DNA of 64,000 nucleotides, from NCBI GenBank assembly GCA_964439935.1, contig CAYTPW010000003.1, positions 114,959-178,958 on the forward strand, read 5' to 3'. Source of the stretch: an uncultured bacterium (GTDB lineage: Bacteria; Fidelibacterota; Marinisomatia; Marinisomatales; TCS56). A program made the position numbers and the translations under genes. How positions within the stretch are numbered: the stretch's first letter is position 1; the number at the start of each line of letters is the position of its first letter. The notes below the pieces were generated by a model, which worked only from the letters and a program-made list of their open reading frames with translations, was not told the origin of the DNA and did not search any database. Below, one piece after another: positions 40,706 through 51,100 of the stretch.

Positions 40706-40811
40706 TTATATCAGCTCCAAAATTCTGTATTTCGAAATGTTATTTTCGATTAGTAATTAAACCTACCCGGTATTTGAGGGAAAAGTGGAGATTATCTGAT
40801 AGTCATGATGG

Positions 40812-41189
40812 TCAATATTTACCCGCTGCTTTGAGTTTATTGTATCCACCGGCATTTGTGACATTTGAATAGCCCATCTTCAGCAATGATTTCTTAGCAA
40901 TCTCAGCCCGTCCCCCAACTTTGCAATATAGAATTATTTCCTGGTTCAGGCAGCAGGTTAAATCACCGATTTGTTCACCAATTGTTTTGTAGGGTATATG
41001 AACAGCATCTCGCAGGTGACCGGATTCAAATTCCTCAGCGGTTCGAACATCAACTAATAAGTATCCCTGATTCGGGTGTTCATGCGGTGGAGGTAGAGAT
41101 GGACCGATTGAACAGGAGTTCAAAATTATAAGGATGGTCAGCAGAATGAGAATAGTTGCTGGTGGGAATTTATATTTGGAATTCTTCAT
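40812..41189 (-). CDS. Rhodanese-domain sulfurtransferase, lipoprotein
   Basis: LVDVRTAEEFESGHL and active-site loop YCKVGGRA. Lipobox ILNSC. Confidence 0.8.
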   Translation of the reverse strand: MKNSKYKFPPATILILLTILIILNSCSIGPSLPPPHEHPNQGYLLVDVRTAEEFESGHLRDAVHIPYKTIGEQIGDLTCCLNQEIILYCKVGGRAEIAKKSLLKMGYSNVTNAGGYNKLKAAGKY

Positions 41190-41201
41190 CGTATTATTCA
41201 G

Positions 41202-41906
41202 TTAATCTTTCCTTTTGTTAGTAGTTTGGATCATAACATCCCGTCGGTTTTTAAGGTGTAGCCAGATATATAAAAGACTGGCAATGCCAATAATCAGCTC
41301 CAGAAATTCCGAAGATTTCATCATAACCCAATCGAAATGCCTGCCGATGCGGTGGAAATCATTATAATAATCGATGCTGGCATGCCCGGCGATAACGACA
41401 AACCAGAGCCATAAGGCTGGCTGTACGGCAATTGGTTTGAGTTTGGGAACCAGGTAGAGCGCGAGGCCGATCAACCCGCCAAAACCAAAAATTACTCTTA
41501 GGATTTCTGTGTGCCCCTGTAAGGCACCGATGTTGTGGAATGTCGTTTCATCCTGACGATTTATATCGCGCCAGGCTTCAGGTGTATCGAAACCAAAAAA
41601 CCACTGTCCCCAGGCAATTTCTTCCATAGCAGTGAACAGGATTGCAATTGTAAATAATGTAAAAAAAACACTGATCCACCAGGCTTCTCCTACCTGACGG
41701 GTCAGCCAAACAAGTCGCAACCCTGCTATCCCAGCTGCAAATAATCCAACAAAAGTCAATAGTTCAACCGGATGATTCTCCTTTAATAACCAGAGGGCCG
41801 TGTTACGAGCAGCTGGAATTGTTAATCCGAGTACACAGATCAACAGCAAACCGGCTGGAGCAAATATCAATGTGGTAGATTTAGTGGTCACCGTAGTTTT
41901 TTTCAC
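41202..41906 (-). CDS. Hypothetical polytopic membrane protein
   Basis: 234 aa with about 6 predicted TM helices. Overlaps the DUF1684 stop by 26 nt. No family recognised. Confidence 0.5.
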   Translation of the reverse strand: MKKTTVTTKSTTLIFAPAGLLLICVLGLTIPAARNTALWLLKENHPVELLTFVGLFAAGIAGLRLVWLTRQVGEAWWISVFFTLFTIAILFTAMEEIAWGQWFFGFDTPEAWRDINRQDETTFHNIGALQGHTEILRVIFGFGGLIGLALYLVPKLKPIAVQPALWLWFVVIAGHASIDYYNDFHRIGRHFDWVMMKSSEFLELIIGIASLLYIWLHLKNRRDVMIQTTNKRKD

Positions 41907-42789
41907 CGGCGGTAATTTTGACTGCTAATCTGTTCTGAGACGGTGGCAGAGGGCAGGTGGCAAATTCCGAGAAAGCGCAGGGCGGATTATAGGCCTTGTT
42001 AAAATCGATGAATGTTTGTCCGTTTGAGCCTGGGGCATCAACTACCAGAAAGCGCCCGGCTCCATAGGTTTCGATACCACTGGTTTCATCGGCAAAAATG
42101 ATAAAATACTGATCATCACCCGGATCGGCAATTGGATCAAGCCGATAGGTTTGATCATCAATCTGAAAGACCAGCGCTCCCGGGCTGGGTGAGTCGTTCA
42201 CCATTCCCAGTACATTGGGAATCGGAATCTGCTTCGGTGGGTCATAAGCTTCGAGTTGTGCCGGAATCCGCCAATCGGCTGAAACAGGAAACCGGTCAAT
42301 TCCCTGAAATGCCAGCAGCTTTGGGTCCTGCGCATCCTTCAATCGGACACCATATTTTTCGCCCCGTTTAATTATGTACCATTTCAGGTTGCCCCATTCC
42401 AGAACTGTTGGCTGGCCATCTGCATCACTCATTAATCGTACCCGACCGGTGATTTTCAACTGGTCGGAAATCACAGTCAGACTATCGGCAGTTTGAACCC
42501 AGACTGAATCACCTGACCTGTAAAAAAATCCCATGTATTCAGGAGCTGTACTTATCGGAAGAATAATATCATTTTCCAGACCGGAACCAAATGTATTTTC
42601 ACTTTCATCGAGCCAGAATAAGCCTGCCAGACTCAACCAGCTATCCGGTTGTTTCAGACGTTCGATTCTGCTAGTATGCCACTCCCTGATTTCATTTTCA
42701 TACTTATTAGTCGGTTGCGGTGGAGCAGATGCACAGGCCACTAAAATCAGCAGCCCACCTATAATTGCAGTGTTTATGGAATGAAGCAC
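41881..42789 (-). CDS. DUF1684 domain protein
   Basis: C-terminal AYNPPCAFSEFATCPLPPSQNRL..I.AGEKNY block is characteristic of DUF1684. Signal or lipoprotein leader. Confidence 0.7.
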   Translation of the reverse strand: MLHSINTAIIGGLLILVACASAPPQPTNKYENEIREWHTSRIERLKQPDSWLSLAGLFWLDESENTFGSGLENDIILPISTAPEYMGFFYRSGDSVWVQTADSLTVISDQLKITGRVRLMSDADGQPTVLEWGNLKWYIIKRGEKYGVRLKDAQDPKLLAFQGIDRFPVSADWRIPAQLEAYDPPKQIPIPNVLGMVNDSPSPGALVFQIDDQTYRLDPIADPGDDQYFIIFADETSGIETYGAGRFLVVDAPGSNGQTFIDFNKAYNPPCAFSEFATCPLPPSQNRLAVKITAGEKNYGDH

Positions 42790-42973
42790 AGATTATCTCC
42801 GTATTTAAGTCAGGAGTCTACGATAGCCTTAAAGAATTGTCAAACAATACTCTATTACAGAAGGGAATTATAGACACAATAATAATCAGTAAATCCATCA
42901 ACCCTCAACTATCAACCATTATCCATCATCCTGCCGATTGTGCCCCATTCCCGCCCAACCGTAACTTCTGACC

Positions 42974-44776
42974 ATGTCCACCGAGCATCTGCGCAATTTT
43001 TGCATAATCGCCCATATTGACCATGGTAAGTCTACCCTGGCTGACCGCCTGCTAGAAGAGACGCACACACTGTCGCAAAAAGAAATGAAATCGCAGGTAC
43101 TGGACAGCATGGATCTGGAACGAGAGCGTGGAATTACTATCAAGAGTCATCCGATCCAGATGCATTATAACCATGCGGACGGCCAGGAATATATCCTGAA
43201 CCTGATCGATACACCGGGACATGTGGATTTCAGCTATGAGGTTTCCCGGTCCCTGGCGGCCTGTGAAGGCGCTTTACTGCTGGTAGACGCCGCCCAGGGA
43301 GTCGAAGCTCAGACGGTCAGTAATACTTATCTAGCGATTGATAATGATCTGGTACTGATCCCGGTGATCAATAAAATAGATCTGCCGGCCGCCAGAATCG
43401 ATGAAGTGACCGATCAGATTGTTGAATTGGTCGGATGTAAACCGGAAGAAATCCTGCAAGTCAGCGCTAAAACGGGTTTGGGCATTGATTCTGTTTTTAA
43501 TTCCATAATTGAGAAGATTCCGGCGCCGCTGGATAAGTCCAGTGAAAAGCCGCGAGCGCTGATTTTTGATTCGACCTACGATAATTACCGCGGAGCAATT
43601 CCGTATGTACGGGTGGTGGATGGCATTTTAAAACCAGGCATGACTGCCAAGTTTTTCAGTCATGATATCACTTATGAAATCACGGAAGTCGGTCATTTTG
43701 TATTAAAACAGGTACCGGCCAAGGAGCTACGTTCCGGTGATGTTGGCTATGTTATCGCCAATGTGCGTGATGTCGGACATATAATGGCCGGTGATACTTT
43801 GACAGTGAAAAATAACGCAGCCGAGGAACCGCTGCCCGGTTACGAGCGGATCAAACCGATGGTGTTTTCGGGATTGTATCCTTCCGATGCTGATGATTAC
43901 GACCAGCTTCGCCAGGCGTTGGATAAACTTAAACTGAATGATGCATCCCTGATTTATGAGCCGGAGACCAGTGAAGCCCTGGGTTTCGGATTCCGGGCGG
44001 GCTTTCTGGGTCTGCTGCATATGGAAATAGTCCAGGAACGTCTCGAGCGCGAATTCGATCTGGAATTGGTAACCACCAGTCCCAATGTGCGCTATCAGTT
44101 AGTTTTGAAAGATGGATCGATCAGTGAGGTTGATACGCCGGCTAAGATGCCCCCGGCCGGAAAATTCGAGCAGATTCGTGAACCGTTCGTCGATGCAGAG
44201 ATCATTACGCCCAAAGAATATATTGGCACTATAATGAAACTGTGCCAGAGTCACCGTGGTACCTACAGAACCACCCATTATTTATCCGCCGATAAAGCTC
44301 AGGTTCATTACGATCTCCCGCTGGGTGAGATCATTTTTGATTTTTATGATAAACTAAAATCGTCGACTCGTGGTTACGCATCATTCGATTACAATGTTAC
44401 CGGTTACCACGCGGGCGATTTGAAAAAACTTGAAATCTTAATCAATAATGAACCGGTTGATGCGCTTTCGACAATCTGCCATTCTGATGATGCTTACCAC
44501 CGGGGAGTCGCCTTGATCTCGAAATTGAAAGAATTGATCCCACGCCAGATGTTTGATGTACCGATTCAGGCTGCCCTGGGTTCTCGTATTATTTCACGTG
44601 CGAATGTTCGAGCTCTTAAGAAAAATGTAACGGCCAAATGTTACGGTGGTGATATTACCCGCAAGCGGAAGTTATGGGCTCGACAGAAAGAGGGCAAGAA
44701 GCGGATGAAACAGATCGGAAAGGTTGAAATTCCACAGGAGGCATTGCTAGCTGTACTGCAGCTTGACCGGGAATAG
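42974..44776 (+). CDS. lepA: Elongation factor 4 (LepA)
   Basis: IRNFCIIAHIDHGKSTLADRLL G1 motif, DTPGHVDF, NKIDL, and the LepA-specific C-terminal domain. 600 aa. Confidence 0.95.
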   Translation: MSTEHLRNFCIIAHIDHGKSTLADRLLEETHTLSQKEMKSQVLDSMDLERERGITIKSHPIQMHYNHADGQEYILNLIDTPGHVDFSYEVSRSLAACEGALLLVDAAQGVEAQTVSNTYLAIDNDLVLIPVINKIDLPAARIDEVTDQIVELVGCKPEEILQVSAKTGLGIDSVFNSIIEKIPAPLDKSSEKPRALIFDSTYDNYRGAIPYVRVVDGILKPGMTAKFFSHDITYEITEVGHFVLKQVPAKELRSGDVGYVIANVRDVGHIMAGDTLTVKNNAAEEPLPGYERIKPMVFSGLYPSDADDYDQLRQALDKLKLNDASLIYEPETSEALGFGFRAGFLGLLHMEIVQERLEREFDLELVTTSPNVRYQLVLKDGSISEVDTPAKMPPAGKFEQIREPFVDAEIITPKEYIGTIMKLCQSHRGTYRTTHYLSADKAQVHYDLPLGEIIFDFYDKLKSSTRGYASFDYNVTGYHAGDLKKLEILINNEPVDALSTICHSDDAYHRGVALISKLKELIPRQMFDVPIQAALGSRIISRANVRALKKNVTAKCYGGDITRKRKLWARQKEGKKRMKQIGKVEIPQEALLAVLQLDRE

Positions 44777-44853
44777 TGGCATTCTGCTTTATACACTGTG
44801 GTAATATAATCGGTATAATTAAATAAATACTTTTTTAATAGCTCACCATAAAC

Positions 44854-45579
44854 ATGTCAAACGAACGTAATTACTGGAATCAATCTCGTTCGCCACTTTA
44901 CAGTTTTATATTTACGTTACCTTTATTCTTAATTTATGAATTGGGTATTTTGCTGGTCTCTTCAGAAGATGTCCCCAATCTGCGTAATGGTGCCGATGTT
45001 TTAATGCGACAGGTTTTGGGAACATTCGGTATTCTGGGTGTGTATGGCTTTGGAATCATTTTCATGCTGGGATTCATTGTTGTGTTTCTATTGCAGAAGC
45101 AGAACTGGGCGATCACCAATATTCGCAGTAAATATTTATTAATCATGTTTGGTGAAAGTTTGATCTGGGGGGCCGGCCTGTTTCTGATCCTGAGAAATTC
45201 CCAGGCATTGTTAATGTTCAGCAATGGAAAAACGCTGATTCAGCAATTGATACTTGCCGTTGGTGCCGGTATCTATGAAGAATTTGTATTCAGGGCATTA
45301 TTGATTACCGGCTTGGCTGCAATATTCAACTTGGTTTTCCAGTGGTCGCGACCAGTCCGCACTACCAGCGCAATGTTTGCGGCTGCTGTCATATTCTCAC
45401 TGTTTCATTTCATGGGCAGTTTTGGTGATAACTATGAATTCCGCCTGTTGTTGATTCGGATTGTGGCTGGAACGGTGTTGGGTATTATCTACATTCTCAG
45501 GGGATTTGGTGTAGCTGCGTACAGCCATGCAATTTATGATCTAATTGTATTGACCCTGATTACCACAGCACCGGATTAA
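44854..45579 (+). CDS. CPBP-family intramembrane glutamic endopeptidase (CAAX protease-like)
   Basis: Polytopic, with motif 1 EEFVFRAL and downstream FSLFH / HAIYD motifs. Confidence 0.7.
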   Translation: MSNERNYWNQSRSPLYSFIFTLPLFLIYELGILLVSSEDVPNLRNGADVLMRQVLGTFGILGVYGFGIIFMLGFIVVFLLQKQNWAITNIRSKYLLIMFGESLIWGAGLFLILRNSQALLMFSNGKTLIQQLILAVGAGIYEEFVFRALLITGLAAIFNLVFQWSRPVRTTSAMFAAAVIFSLFHFMGSFGDNYEFRLLLIRIVAGTVLGIIYILRGFGVAAYSHAIYDLIVLTLITTAPD

Positions 45580-45638
45580 CCGGTTTGAATGCTATGGACG
45601 GGAACCAAATTCTAGTTAATTTCATTGATTAATCAAGG

Positions 45639-46523
45639 ATGGTTATGCGCAAAATACTAAACATCACTTTTGTTTTAATCAGCTCGGGATTGCTTAATGG
45701 GCAGGGTCCAATATTTGACGAGTTTATTTTCTCGTTATGGCCGGAATATGATCATCCTGGAGTTCTAGTAATATTAAGTGGCAAAGTGAATGATGAACAA
45801 TTACCTGCTAAAATTGAGTTTATGATACCGGTCGAGACTGAAAAAGTTTCGGCGGTCGGAGTATTGGATACGACCGGTGCCCTGACTGAGGTACCAATCG
45901 ATGACCGCGGACAGGAAAAATGGGTGAGTCTGAACCTAGATCATTCGAAATTCCATATTGAATTCTATTATAACACCTTTGCTACAGACCACTTAAGAAA
46001 TGTGAATTATCAGCTTCGATTCAATGTTGATATTCCTGAATACATTTTTGCGGTGCAACAACCGATTATGGCTGAGAAATTTTTACCTCCGGAATTAGAA
46101 ATGGAATCATTTCAAGATCAGCATGGTATGACTTTTTATCGCAAATTAATGCCTTCGCTTCCAGCTGGAAACATTTATCAGGCATCATTCAGCTATGAAA
46201 ACCATACCGGAGAAACGAGCCTGGATCAGCTGCGCAAAATGATGGCTGAGACTGACCAGGGTACGGGAATTACCGAGCCGACTTCCCCAACTGCTACTGC
46301 CATGAAACGTCATCGGATGCCGTTATGGGAGCCGTTGGCAGTATTGGCATTGATTGCAGTTATTATTGGATTTATATATTCGAGACAGCTGAAGACCGCT
46401 GCACCACTTCCGAAAACAGCTAATGGTTCTTCATTCTGTACTCATTGCGGTGAGAAAACCAGTCCAAACGATAAATTTTGCGCTAATTGCGGAAACAAAC
46501 TGAATGAAACAGATTCTGCTTGA
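45639..46523 (+). CDS. Hypothetical bitopic membrane protein with cytoplasmic C-terminal zinc ribbon
   Basis: Signal peptide, about 220-aa ectodomain, TM helix (LAVLALIAVIIGFIY), and CTHCGEKTSPNDKFCANCG zinc ribbon. Confidence 0.5.
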   Translation: MVMRKILNITFVLISSGLLNGQGPIFDEFIFSLWPEYDHPGVLVILSGKVNDEQLPAKIEFMIPVETEKVSAVGVLDTTGALTEVPIDDRGQEKWVSLNLDHSKFHIEFYYNTFATDHLRNVNYQLRFNVDIPEYIFAVQQPIMAEKFLPPELEMESFQDQHGMTFYRKLMPSLPAGNIYQASFSYENHTGETSLDQLRKMMAETDQGTGITEPTSPTATAMKRHRMPLWEPLAVLALIAVIIGFIYSRQLKTAAPLPKTANGSSFCTHCGEKTSPNDKFCANCGNKLNETDSA

Positions 46524-47256
46524 GATCGGACCGATAAAAATCTATAGCTACGGTCTGGCGCTGGTAACAGCTTTCTACGTTGACTATTTTATTCTTCATC
46601 GGGAATTAAAGCGGCTGAAATATGATCCTCGTTTGGCAACTGATATAATATTCTGGGGAGCTATAGGGGGTATTCTTGGCTCTAAAATCTATTATTTAAT
46701 TGAAAATATTGCCGATGTAATCACGGACCCGATAGGGATTATCTTTTCTGGTTATGGTCTGGTATTCTGGGGGGGATTGATCGGCGGTACTCTGGGAGTA
46801 ACCTGGGTCCTGATCCGCAATAAACTGGACTGGTTGACTTTTGCCGATATAGTAGCTCCGCTACTGATCCTGGGTTATGCCATCGGACGCTGTGGATGCT
46901 TTATGAACGGTTGTTGCTATGGTGTAGAGACCAGTTTGCCATGGGGATTACATTTTCCCCATATGCCGGCCGGTATTCATGTACATCCAACCCAAGTGTA
47001 TGAATTGATAACCGGGTTGACAATATTCGCTATTTTGTGGAAACTGCGATTAAAAGTGAAATATACCGGAAATCTATTCTTCATTTATTTTATCCTGGCT
47101 GGTATCGAACGTTTTCTGATTGAATTTATACGCATCAATCCCAAGCTTTTATTTGGACTGACGGGAGCGCAGATCATCGCATTATTATTAATTGGAACCG
47201 GGATATATTTCCTGGTACGACCGATCGGAAAGGAATACGGAACACATTCGGTCTGA
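46504..47256 (+). CDS. lgt: Prolipoprotein diacylglyceryl transferase
   Basis: Lgt-like polytopic sequence (YGLALVTAF, GRCGCFMNGCCYG, HPTQVYE). 250 aa. Confidence 0.85.
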   Translation: MKQILLEIGPIKIYSYGLALVTAFYVDYFILHRELKRLKYDPRLATDIIFWGAIGGILGSKIYYLIENIADVITDPIGIIFSGYGLVFWGGLIGGTLGVTWVLIRNKLDWLTFADIVAPLLILGYAIGRCGCFMNGCCYGVETSLPWGLHFPHMPAGIHVHPTQVYELITGLTIFAILWKLRLKVKYTGNLFFIYFILAGIERFLIEFIRINPKLLFGLTGAQIIALLLIGTGIYFLVRPIGKEYGTHSV

Positions 47257-47272
47257 TTTTATTAGTATTATT

Positions 47273-48130
47273 ATGCGCGATTGGCTGATATATATTATAA
47301 TGGCAGTTGCTGTCCTTAACGGTCAAATTCAAACTTCAGTTTTGAATTATATTAGTTTAAAGCAATATTTTAACTCTGACCTTAATCCCAGATACATTGC
47401 TGTCGGTAGCGATGAGAAAATATTCTTACTGGACCCTGACAGTCGAACACTTGCTACCTTTAACAAAGATTACCAGGTGACCTATGCCGGAGGTTTCGGA
47501 CATGAGTTGGATGCTTTTTTCGATCCGGTCGATCTGGTAGTAAATAATTTGGAAGTGATTGTATGCGACCAGTCGGATAACCGACTGCTGTACTTTGATC
47601 GACAGCTAAATTATACCGGTTCAATTGACCTTTCGCAATTCGGTGAGAATTATAAGTATCCCTTTAAAATGATGGTTGATCCCTGGGGTGCTGTATTGGT
47701 GTATTTTGAATCCAGTAATTTAATTGGTCGGATCGCTAATACTGCTCAGCCTCCAGTGCCCCATATTGACCTGGAAAACCAGGCCGATCCAGTAAAATGT
47801 GTGACCGCAATGGCCATATCTGTCAAAGGTGAATTGGCTCTTTTATTACCCTGTCGCAGCCAACTTCGATTGTATAATCGTTTTGGTCGGCCGAGTGGTA
47901 TAGTTCCAGTTACTTTAGATGAACCGGAATTGCTGGTAAATTATTTGAATAATTGGATAGTAATAAATTCCGGTGGTGAATGGCAGATAATTCCTGGTAT
48001 GTCGATGGGGAATCTGAAGAATTTGACTCAAATTGACCATCCGATCCTAGATGCAGCCGTTTTTAATGAGCAACTGTATTTATTGACGGCCAAAGACATT
48101 ATTATCATCCGGTTTGAGATCAAGTCTTAA
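47273..48130 (+). CDS. Hypothetical exported protein (possible beta-propeller)
   Basis: ATG at 47273 gives a leader MRDWLIYIIMAVAVLNG. Repetitive beta-rich sequence. Function unknown. Confidence 0.4.
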   Translation: MRDWLIYIIMAVAVLNGQIQTSVLNYISLKQYFNSDLNPRYIAVGSDEKIFLLDPDSRTLATFNKDYQVTYAGGFGHELDAFFDPVDLVVNNLEVIVCDQSDNRLLYFDRQLNYTGSIDLSQFGENYKYPFKMMVDPWGAVLVYFESSNLIGRIANTAQPPVPHIDLENQADPVKCVTAMAISVKGELALLLPCRSQLRLYNRFGRPSGIVPVTLDEPELLVNYLNNWIVINSGGEWQIIPGMSMGNLKNLTQIDHPILDAAVFNEQLYLLTAKDIIIIRFEIKS

Positions 48131-51100
48131 ATCCATTCTGCTTCTGTTAGGCCTGGGTGTTGAATTGCTTTGGGCCGGATCATTTCAGATCATCCCAACC
48201 CGGGATACTGTCACAGTGGCAGCCAATGATTCTGTATTTATTCTAATTAATACACCGGTATTTGAAACAACAGTTCAATTATTCCGCAACGGTCGGTGGA
48301 TTGAGGATTATTCCATAGATCCTTTAGTTGGCCGGATTGTTTTGCACACTACCGAACCGGATTCCAGCCAGCATATTTGTACTTATTCCTATCTAAGTCC
48401 CGCTTTACCACTCACTGTTGGTCCCAGATATCTGACATTACCCCTGTTGACGGAATTAACCAGGGAGCCGGATGTCATATCGATCCTGCCTCAACAGCCG
48501 ATGGCAGCTGCTAGCCGCGATGAATTGTATACTGCCGGTAGCATCTATCGGAGCGTAGAATTATCACCATTTGGTGGGACCGATTTTAGTGGTGGTCTTC
48601 GGCTACAGTTGCAGGGCCGCCTAACCGATGATATTCAAGTTAGTGGTGTGCTGGCTGATCAGAGTCTACCAATTCAACCGGAAGGAAACACCCAGACACT
48701 GGAAGAAATCGATCAGGTATACCTGACGGTCAAGCACCCAACCTGGAACGTAACGGCAGGTGATATAAATTTTACTTTGAACAGTGGGAAATTCCTGAAG
48801 ATTGATCGGAAATTGGTTGGTTTAAAAGGTGCTTTAGCTCAACCAGGATCCCATGGTGAAGCGGTGTATTCCGCTTCAAAAGGGAATTATCGCTCTATGA
48901 CTTTTAAAGGTACCGAAGGGTCCCAGGGTCCCTATTTGCTGGCTTCCGAAACAGGCAGCCGGGATATAATTGTCATTGCTGGCTCTGAGCGCGTGTACGT
49001 TGATGGAAATAGATTAATCCGCGGTGAGAATAACGATTATATAATCGATTATTCGACTGGTGAAATTTACTTTACCGCCCAGCGCCTGATACACAGTGAC
49101 AGTGATATTTTGGTGGAATTTCAGTATTCGGATTTCAGGTATAATCGCAATTTGGTCGGGGCCAGCTGGAAGATGCAACCCATCGAACGTGGTGAGGTGA
49201 CCATAGCTTATCTAAATGAGTATGATAATATCTCTGCTGGAAGTTTAAATCTATCCACTGCTGTGCAGGACAGTATGGCCCAGGCGGGAGACCGGGATGT
49301 ATGTATTTCGGGAGCTGTGGTTGATTCTGCCGGTGATTATTATGTTAACAATGGTTTCTATATTTACTGGACTATTGATCCTCCCGACAGCGCGGTTCAG
49401 CGGTACAGTGTAACCTTTCAGAATGATGTCGCAAATGGCGCCTATATTCGCAAAGTAACTGATACAGGACAGTTATATTATTCCTATGTTCCAGAAAATG
49501 AACGTCAGTTATACCAGGACTTATACAGCCCTATTCAATTGCTGGATCGCCCTGAAAAGCAACAGGTTATACAATTGTCGGCTACCTATCGTTCATCAGA
49601 GAAATTCGTCATCGATACAGAGATCAGTATGTCGGACTATGATATCAATCGTCTCTCCAACAGGAACGATGATGACAACTTAGGCTGGGCTTACAATATT
49701 AAGTTGGCCGGAGCTGAATTGATTTTACTTCCTGGCTGGAATTTTAATTATCATTTAGTCAACTGGGGCAGAGGGAAACAATACAAAGCTTTGCAGCGTG
49801 AACGAACCGCTCGATTTGACCGGGACTGGAATATAAATTCCGATCAGATCGGTAAAGAAAATATGCTGACAGCAGGTTTTGGTTTTAAGCGCAACACAAC
49901 GTTTGATTTGAATATGGATTGGTCGCATTATCAGGTGCAGGACCGGTACAAAAATCGATTTCTGGCAACGACCGCTGGTTCAACTGACTGGATACCGTTG
50001 TATTCGGGTCGGATAAGTAGGATGGAATCACCAGGCGAATTTCTGGTTCAATCGACTGCTAAAATTCAAGTATTGCCTGGCTGGATTCATCCATACTACG
50101 AATACAACGGGGAACTCAACCGATCGGTCACCTCATTTGAGCACCATACCTCCGGTCTGGAACTGGCTGGAAAGACAGGCCGGGGTTCCCTGGGAATCGG
50201 TCAACGGATCGATAGGGCCGAGATCGATACTTCCAATTCCGGTTTGGAACGGATCAGCCGGGGCTATTTTGGTTCGATGGATTTGGATGGTCGCTCCGGA
50301 TCAGGTTGGAATTACCGTTTGATTTTTCGAAAGCGAATCAAAACGGAATTTACTGAAGACAGGGAATTTGATTTCGAACTATTACAAACCAATCTTTCCT
50401 TTAATAACCGAATGCAACCTTTGCGGTGGGATATGAAGGTGAAATTAGAAGAAACATATACCGAAAGTCGGTCAACGGTTTATGATTCTGTGGGCATTGG
50501 ATTGGGTAATTATCGCTATGATCGACAGTTCAATGAATATATAGCTGATCCTAACGGTGGATTTATTGCCTACCAGGTGCTGATCGGCGATCGCCATCCG
50601 ACCACGCGATTCGATGGAATCCAGCGTGCTCAAATAGATTTTAGTAAGACTAGAATGAAGCAGCTGAAAGGGGTAACAGTCCGATTGGAAATGCGTTCAG
50701 AATATCGTGGTAGCCGTTTCAATACGATCCGGTTCCTGAAACCGAACCTGAACGATTTGGGTATTACCCGTGCTCAGTGGAATCTGTACGGCGAATTCGA
50801 TTATCGACCATTTCGCATCGGACGCAGATTTCGAGCCTGGAACAGAAGCATCCGAGATTTAAATGGCCTGGATCCCCGTGGGGGTGATTTACGACGCGAC
50901 CAGGAAATCGGTTTGGAAGTCAATGAAACTTTAATGGATGGTTTTTTGGGAATCTTCAAATGGCATTTAAAAGAACTGACGGTCAATTCAGCTTTCGTGA
51001 ATCAGCGTAATCGTGTTGTATCAGGTGACTGGCTGGAAGGTGGCCTCAAATGGCATCCGAATCAGGACTGGCAATGTGAAAGCACAATCCAGTTGGGTCA

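Noticed and set aside
40812-41189. Rhodanese, GFA (63114..63536) and DUF2892 (21241..21450) were considered as further selenoprotein candidates, because these families have Sec forms.
   Set aside because: All three are uninterrupted ORFs with Cys at the relevant positions (e.g. YCKVGGRA), and none has an in-frame TGA.
47192-47272. The track start at 47192 for the exported protein overlaps the lgt C-terminus by 65 nt.
   Set aside because: The in-frame ATG at 47273 yields a proper hydrophobic leader and a 16-nt gap after lgt.
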